Shown: piece by piece, positions 55,936 to 64,000 of the stretch
How the letters are laid out: each line of letters begins with the position of its first letter
How positions within the stretch are numbered: the first letter of the stretch is position 1
Notes under the pieces: model-generated
What the model was told of the DNA's origin: nothing
Database searches by the model: none
The model's input: only the letters and a program-made list of their open reading frames with translations
Position numbers and translations under genes: made by a program
Origin: Spironucleus salmonicida
Taxonomy: Eukaryota
DNA: 64,000 nt
NCBI RefSeq assembly: GCF_000497125.1
Contig: NC_090602.1
Span: 1,054,001-1,118,000, forward strand
Direction: 5' to 3'

Positions 55936-57384
55936 ATGTCTCTAGCAAAACTAGAACCATAAATTATTTGGGACATATTCGGCTAGATTAGCAAAATACC
56001 AAGAGGCTCTGGAAACACTAAAAGCATAAGTAAGTACCTTCAAGAGTTAGCAATTAAACATAAACTTTCAACATTTATCGATTCGGCTGAAAATCTTATT
56101 ATTACTAAACCTGCCTCTGAAGGCTATGAAAATGCACCGGGCATCATATTACAAGCCCATATGGACATGGTTTGCACCAAATCGTCAGATTCGACTCACA
56201 ATTTCGAAACTGATCCAATAGTTTCTTAACTCGTTACAGCAAACCAAAAGTAATTTATTTCAGCCACCGACACCACTCTTGGAGCAGATAACGGCATTGG
56301 TGTAGCTGCTGGCCTAGCAATTATCTTCGACGAAACTATCGCAACGCCAAAATTAGAACTTCTCCTGACAGTTGACGAAGAGACAACAATGAGCGGCGCA
56401 CAGAACATATAACGTGGAATTTTAACAGGTAAATATATGATAAATCTAGACTCTGAGGAAATTGACACCATAACCGTAGGATCTGCCGGCGGCTTCAATC
56501 AAATCGTCAAGCCGAAGCTGACAACGCACACTCCAGCCCAGCTTGATTTTCCCTATTTACTGAAGGTTCAAAATTGCTCAGGTGGTCATTCTGGGTGCGA
56601 GATACACAAGGGCCACGCAAATGCGATAAAAGTCCTGTTTCGCGTGCTCGCATAATTCGTCGAGTTCGACATCAAAATAGCTACCCTGCGGGGTGGAAGT
56701 GCGGACAACGCAATCCCGACGAGTGCGGAGGCCATTTTTTATGCGGATTCTTATCCAGATTTGAGCAGCGTGTTCGGCCAAATAGAGGCCGAGTTCGCCA
56801 GTACAGACTCTAGAATGTAGCTTGTTATTGAGCCATTTTCTCAAAAAATCCAGCATATCAGTAGTGCTGAATCCGCCAAAATCATCGATTTCGGCAACGC
56901 TGCGCCCTCGCAGCTGCTAAAAATTGCTGGTGGCCTGGTCGAAAGCTCGGTCAATTTGGGGATAGTCAGTATAAATGCAGCTGATATAATAGGGGCTTAG
57001 TTTGTCTTCCTTGGGAGGAGCACCAGTAACTCGCAAATGGAGTATATATCATAGACGATTTCTGGCTTGGCCAGGCTGGCTGGGTTCGAAGCTACTGGAA
57101 TGACGAATTTCTTCGGCGGGTGGACGCCTGCGGCGTAAAGCAAGCTTTTGGAGGTTGCGATTTCACAGTTTAACAGAGTTTTGAGTGTCAATGCCAAGGT
57201 GGAGGCAGTGCACGCGGGGCTGGAGTGCGGCGAGATTCTGCAAGCGTACCCTGGCGTAGAGGCAATTTCGATAGGGCCTACGATCATCAATGCACATAGT
57301 TATAGAGAGGCGGTAGAGATTAGTACAGTGGGCTAGTTCTGGGAGATCCTGCAGGGCATTATCAAGATTATTTCGTGCTAATGA
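55936..57384 (+). CDS. pepD: Aminoacyl-histidine dipeptidase (M20C)
   Basis: IPRGSG, LQAHMDMV, TTLGADNGIG, DEETTM, NLDSEE, GGHSG, HAGLECG, SIGPTI. Confidence 0.95.
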
Positions 57385-57536
57385 ATACTAGGTGAGCAAG
57401 TTCAATTTTATTTTTATATTATATTTGTATATAATAATAATGTTATTTTTATTTTCCATTCCACAAAAAAATCATAATTATATCTATTATTATATATTCA
57501 TTATCATATTAATTAATTTTACTCTGTCCTCTAATA

Positions 57537-58478
57537 ATGGAAACCCTAATATCCAACCGCCAGTACTTCCAGATAGGTGAGCAGATCAAACAGGCCATTT
57601 TCGACAAAACTGACCTTCAAATTTCTAATTTGAACTCAATTTTCCATTTCCTTGACCAAGAAATTCTAACAACCTATTTTGCGTTCGTCGAGAAGAAAAT
57701 TCCCGACGATTTGCGCAAAATCCAGCACCCCACAACGCTGGCGATTATTCACGCATTTGATGTCCTCCAGAAAGTGCAAAACAAGCAAATTGAGGTAATT
57801 TCTGAGCTCGGAATCAAGTTTGAACTGCTCCCGGCGCAGGTTCTGATGGCGAAAGCTGAGCTCTTGAGCGCCATTTTTGACCGCAAAAATGTGTGTTAAT
57901 ATTATGTGAAACTGAGCACTTTTCCAGAATTTTTAGTCGCTGACGCCTTGCGCGAATTCGGCGATTTGGCGTGGGCCGCGGGCATCATGGAGAACGAGAT
58001 GATGATGGGATTCCCTATTCGCTATTTGGAGCGGTTCGCAGCCATGACTGAGCTCCTGCACGTCGATTCGGTGGTCGAAATTGGCGTAAACGCGATCGCC
58101 AAATACGAAAATTGGGAGATTTGCGTCACTCAGGAAAGCGCCAGAAAATGGCAGATCCTGACCGCCGTAATGAACTATTTGATGCGGCAGCCGGTGTCCG
58201 ACAGGTCGAAATTGGGCTACCAAAGCGCCCTCGAGCAGCTGAAAATCCAGGAATTCGAGCTGGAGCTCATCATTAGCGAAATGGTGCTGAAAGGGCTCAT
58301 CAAGGCGTCCATTGACACTGTTGCTTAAGTTTTCTGCGTCACGTGGGTAAAACCGCTCGTTTTGGACCAGAAAGGCCGAGATATCGTCGTCGAAAGACTG
58401 TCTGAGTGGAGCGCGAGGATTCAGCAGACAAAAGGGCTCATCGAAAGGATTATGGTGGAAGATGATGAAGCTGTATGA
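57537..58478 (+). CDS. 26S proteasome lid subunit Rpn9/PSMD13-like (PCI domain)
   Basis: KGLIKASIDTV...VTWVKPLVLD; the two supplied fragments join through TAA=Gln. Confidence 0.75.
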
Positions 58479-58721
58479 TTTTTCTGATTATTTTTGTGGG
58501 CAGGTTACGTATAATAATAGATATTGCCAAATTTTTGGGATGGTAATTCTTACTGTGATATGAAAATCATTAAGAATCCGGACTTTGCTTGTAAGTATTT
58601 TTGAGTAAATATGATTAGAACTACATATGAATAGTTTTAGCGGTTTATAGAAACTACTAAGCGAGCTGAAATTAAATATTCTAATTCATAATTTTCAATA
58701 TATAAATAAATTTTCTTAAGA

Positions 58722-60638
58722 ATGCAAGACTCACTAAAGTTGAACAGAGACGCTGTTAAAAAATCTAGAAATCAATTTAGAGTCTGGTAATATTGCTCAA
58801 ATCTAGGTATTATATTGAATGTTAAAATACCTGATGAAAAGTACTTGCCTAGTTTACTAGTCAAATCGGACTTTTTACTTCAATTAATTAATCATTTGTA
58901 GATAGAAATACCAGAGGAGATTTAGGAAGCTTGTATTTTTGAATGCTTTGATATGAATATTACAGATGAAGAGAAGAAGAGGTTTTGCCTAAACTGCATT
59001 GCAATTAATAATTTATCACATAAAATAGATGCTACTATAAGTAAAGATATCCCATTTACAGACTATTTTCAGTTTATATCTCATTGGATAACTGTATTTA
59101 CTGCAATCTAAAAAGTAGAGCATATGCCAGCTATGGATTTTAATGATGATATGTTCATAAGTTAATACGAGCCTTCAAACGAAGAGATAAAGTTAATGAT
59201 TAATTTAGAAGGGGTTTGCTGCTTGGATGTCAAGGATATAAATGCGGAATTAGGCAGAGAACCCAGATTTTATGAAAATAACTTATGGGTTGTTTATACA
59301 TTTTTACTAGTATCAGCATGTAGTCTTTCACTTTCTATGACTAATATAAGTTACTATATTTAAATTTTAGGGGCTACTGCAACTTAAGTAGCATCATAGA
59401 CTACTTTTTTCAATCTTGTATAATTATTTTCTTCAGTATTTTGGCTATGGTTATCCGATAAAATTGGAAGAAAACCCATTGCCGTTATTATGGGAATTAT
59501 TTATACGATCACCTCTGGATTATTTTTAATAACATTAAATATGACTAATAATTAGAATATTATCAGAACCATTACTATAATTAGAGCATCTTAAGGATCT
59601 GTAGCTATCATTGTGCCATTAGCAGTTGTTATTGTTGCTGATAGAGCAGCTCCAAAAATACGTGGATTTGTTATGGTGTTAGTTAATGTTAGTAGTGTTA
59701 TTGGTGCTGTTCTTTCGTCAGCTCTTTAAATATATTTCAGTAGTGCTTAAAAATATAATACATCAGATAGATAACTTACTTTTTCAGAAATATAAAGAAG
59801 ATCAATGCTTGGATTTTAAGATAGTAATATTGCAGCTACAGTACTTTTTGGAGTGTGTCTATTAATTATAATTATCTTTTTGAAAGAAAGCAACTAAAAT
59901 ATTATAACAATAAAGTGTGCAAGAAAATTAGGCTTAACGATAAAAGATAGCAAATCATTTAAAACTATTCCTATCCATAAGGTATTCGTCACTATGATAA
60001 AAGACTATAATCTAGATTTAATATTTTTGAGCTATTTCCTTAGTTTAACTGGTTCTACTAATTCTAGAACAGGTGCACCTTATTATACAACAAGATCTTA
60101 TGACTTTACTAATCCTAACGAAGCAAAAGGCTATATTTCTATTGTACTTTTAGTAACTCTTACCCTTGCTTCTATTATATCTGCATTACTATCAAAGTAT
60201 TTCATTAAATACTTTGGAGAGTTCAAATCAATAATTTTTTCATAATTTATCTCGATTGTAGAATCAATTATTTTATTTCTTCCAAATCCACCAATAAATC
60301 CAGCACTGTTATATTTAACATAAACTTTGACAGGAATTTCTATTATATTTTGTGATTCTTTATTCTTTTAGCTTGTAAGTATGTATACTGTTCCTTAAAA
60401 TAGAGGTTAAATCCTTGGGATTTTTTAAATAGGAAACTCGTTAGGCAGAGTTACGAGTGGAGCTATTACCGGTATTATGCAAGGATTTAACTACAGAGAC
60501 TCATAGATTTTTAATACGCTGTTCTAATCCGGCTGCCTTATCCTTCTTTCTCTTATTAAACCTCCAATTTAAAGAACATAGATGGACAAAGAATACCGTA
60601 AACAAGAAACTCATATGTAAAATGATGCAAGAGTTTGA
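58722..60638 (+). CDS. MFS transporter with long N-terminal extension, 638 aa
   Basis: MQDSLKLNRD...; WLSDKIGRKP; collinear with 6784-8700. Confidence 0.9.
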
Positions 60639-60911
60639 ATGAATCGAAAATTTTATTTATTTTTAACAATGCGTGCTTAAACAGTAATTTAATATGCTGC
60701 ATTAACAACTTTATATAAAATATCTTTTATATTATTAAAATTATTTGACCTATTCACAGTAAAGATTACTATTTCAGTTACTAACACATGTTATACTAGA
60801 TCTTTAGACCGCTACTATTTTAAGCAGTTAAGCAGTTCTCAAGATACTCTATTTTTGAAAAATAAAAATATTATATGCTATTTATACTACCTCCGTTTAC
60901 CACTCCACCGA

Positions 60912-62567
60912 ATGTCCAAGTTCAGCCTCACCGCAACGAAAACCTCTGCATTTTCTCTGAAACCGGCAGAATCTGTTGCCTCTGCTATGGCACCAAAGAA
61001 AATTGTTATTGATTTGGACGCCCAAACCCGCAAGGCCGAAGAAGAGAAAAAAGCAGAAATTTAAGCCCAAAAACAGGCTAAACTCGAAGCCAGAAGGGCT
61101 ATAGAAGCCGCAAAAGATACACCTGTAGAGCATACTGCTCCCCCACCTCCTCCAAAGCAAAATAAGAAGCAGGAGACTAAGCCCGAAAGAGAAGCCAGGC
61201 TCACGGCCGCCATCGTAGCGGAAGAGAAACAACGTGCTGCATACAAGGCCGAAAAGAACCCCAATAAGCCATTGTCTGTCATCTTTTCCGGGCATGTCGA
61301 CCACGGTAAATCGTCAATGAGCGGCCACATTTTGACGAATTTGGGCATTGTAGACCAGCGTCAAATAGATAAGTTTAAGACTGAGGCATCAAAGCTCGCT
61401 GGTGAGAGCTGGGCGTACGCTTTCGCATTGGATGCTTGCCAGGAGGAGCGTGAAAAAGGAAAAACTGTAGAATCTGCTCGCGCGACATTTTAGACTTCTT
61501 CTGGTAGGAGAGTTGTTCTTTTGGATTCGCCTGGACATAAAGGTTTTATAATGTCAATGATTGAGGCTGCTGCTCAGGCCGATATTGGTGTTTTAGTTAC
61601 ATCTGCTAGAAAAGGAGAATTTGAAGCAGGATTGGAAAAAAGCGGTTAAACTGCTGAACATGGTTTAATTTTATATATTTCTGGTGTTAGAAATCTTATT
61701 GTTGCTGTTAACAAAATGGACGATCCAACATGCTAATATTCTGAAACTAGATATAATGACATAGTTGCTAGCCTTACCAAATATTTAACTTCAATTGGAT
61801 TCAAAGCTGCAAATATTTAATTTGTTCCTGTTTCAGCTATTACTGGTGAAAATTTGACCAAGCCTCTTAGTGCTGAATTTCCTGATTCTCCTCTTAACTG
61901 GTATAAAAGTTCATGTTTAGTTGATCTTCTCGATTAAATTAAAATACCCAAACGTGACGCCGGTGGATTTTTACGTGCATGTGTATCAGGAAAATATAAG
62001 GATAATGGATATTATGTTGTTTGTAAAGTAGAGAAGGGTGTTATGAACAAAAAAGAAGTTATGATTCAACCTAGCAGTTTAATAACAACTGTGTAATCTA
62101 TGGAAGATGAAGTAGGTGATTAAATCCAAGAAGCTCTTAGCGGTGAAAATTGTAGAATTTAAGTTACAGAAGAAGCATATGAATAAATATATGATGGTAC
62201 TGTTATTTGTGATAAATATTATCCTTGTGAAGTCGTAAACAAGTTTGTTGTTAAATTTATGGTATTAGATCACCCTAATGTTTTAACAGCTGGATTTAAT
62301 GCTATAGTTCACGTTAATACAAGCATGTAGCCATGTATTGTCTCTAAAATTTTAGCTACTTTAGACCCCAAAACTGGTAAAATAAGTGAAAAAGCACCAA
62401 AGTTCCTCAAAAATGGTTAATAAGGTTTGATATTAGTGGAAACAAGAACTCCTATTTGTGTATCTGAGAGTAGTTATGAAGGATTCTTAGGCAGAGTTTT
62501 AATGAGATATGAAAGCTCTACCATTGGCATTGGTCAGGTAGCTAAACTCAGATATGATGAAGAGTGA
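60912..62567 (+). CDS. SUP35: Eukaryotic peptide chain release factor 3 (eRF3)
   Basis: Charged N-terminal extension; [42 protein letters not shown]. Confidence 0.88.
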
Positions 62568-62770
62568 TTGATTTTTTGCTCTATTTTTCATATTTTTAAT
62601 AATTCTATTAAACATTTTAGTTACAGACTTACATAAAATTTATCTATTTCTAATTTTGTATTAAATTTAGTATTAGTATAACATATATATTTCCACCTAT
62701 GTCTTTATAAATTAAGCTAATCAGAATATATTATAAACATTTTATATAATTATCATCATCACTATTAAAA

Positions 62771-64000
62771 ATGTTTAAGAATTGCCTCGAAGCATGCCAA
62801 GGTGATAATACCTGCTATAAGAAGCTTTGTTTCGGTAATCTATAAATCAAGCTTACTGATATACTAGGGTCTGGTTCCTATGGAAATATATATAACACAA
62901 ATAATCCACAATACGTCGTGAAGTAAGTGTAAACTTAATTTCAAGAGACATTTGATTAAACTGTCTAAGAAGTCAAGATTTTACTAGAATTTAAAGGTGT
63001 TGAATCAATTTTACCTTGTTATGGTGTACTGTTTGATGAAGATTTCGTTATAAACCCAGTAGATATACCACACCAAGCGGACAACATTTTCATGTTATTA
63101 CTTAAATGTTGTAGCTAAAAACTAACTTAATTGTCCATTGCTGAGGCTGCAGGTGCAATTTCGAACCTGCACCTCAAAGGATACACACATCGTGATATTA
63201 AGCTGGAAAATCTAGTTTTCCATAATAATAAGTGTATTTTAATCGACTACGGATCAGTTTCAAGCAAAACTATAGATAGTCTGAAGCTAATCACAGATAG
63301 GGCCTATAACGCAAAAATTAACGACGAAATACAAGGCCAGACAACCCCATAATACCGAGCGCCAGAGCTAATCAACCTCTACTCAAAACTACCTATCACG
63401 TAAAAAATTGATGTATTCGCCCTTGGAATCATAGCATACTAGGTCTCCCGCGGCAAGGCCCCGTTTCCTGACGGTGAGATACTAGCCAACTTCAACTGCC
63501 GGGTCGACTACCGCACAGACTCGTTCTTAGAGCGTATCATAGCACGCTGCCTAGTGAAAGATGTCGCCGCTCGGGCGGATATTTTCGAAATTTGTAGACT
63601 CTGTGAAAGTGAGTTTGGTCGTAAATTCGGCGTTCAGCCCGGCGAGACGGTCATCAAAACGAAAGATTTTACTTCTGTCTAAAAATTAGCATTACCAGTT
63701 GTTATGTCCAGTATTGATACCATATTATCGGACTTCGAGAATCCAAATGCATTCGAAGAAATGCTGGTATGGGTCCACGCTTAAAAACCCGCATTACTAA
63801 TCGAATAACTGCTACAAATAGATCAACAGTTTATGTATGCGCGAGTTTCGCTCGCCCTACTGGCGGCACTGCGTCAACGAGAGCCTATTCCTTTAGCACT
63901 TTTTGGAGATTTTTTATAGAATTTGAGGTAAAAATGTGAATCAAGTTCTGAGCTAGTGCCACTTTTCTACCTCGCTAGCTATGCCCGGTAAATCGCTATT
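62771..64000 (+). CDS. NAK family (AAK1/GAK-like) protein kinase, runs off the window
   Basis: GSGSYG, HRDIKLEN, DYGS, EIQGQTTPQYRAPELINLY...KIDVFALG. Confidence 0.88.

Noticed and set aside
60912-62567. eRF3 as the cause of the codon reassignment
   Set aside because: Stop-codon specificity lies in eRF1 and tRNAs; this eRF3 has ordinary GTPase motifs.

Overview
This is eukaryotic DNA from a hexamitid diplomonad (Spironucleus-like). Genes only read through if TAA/TAG encode Gln (translation table 6, TGA the sole stop), so the supplied standard-code ORF track is fragmented and I re-translated the window by eye. The window opens inside a 1989-bp tandem array (1-6753, about 3.4 units). Each unit carries an SRP (7SL) RNA gene, a lineage-specific ORF, a 5'-truncated deoxyhypusine synthase and a ~283-bp spacer. 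About 1.7 kb of the unit is an inverted, near-identical copy of the intact DHS-ORF-SRP RNA locus at 25780-27484. The rest is gene-dense single-copy sequence: two MFS paralogues, RPL30 with a 62-nt hairpin-containing intron, an HlyIII fragment plus histidine phosphatase in a GC-rich island, a stand-alone VEFS-box (SUZ12-like) candidate, a TFIIIC Tfc4-like TPR protein, three apparent pseudoenzymes, two guanylate kinases, an exosome subunit, SRP receptor alpha, a flavin oxidoreductase, PepD, Rpn9, eRF3, a NAK kinase and many hypotheticals. All calls are by manual motif recognition; no searches were run.
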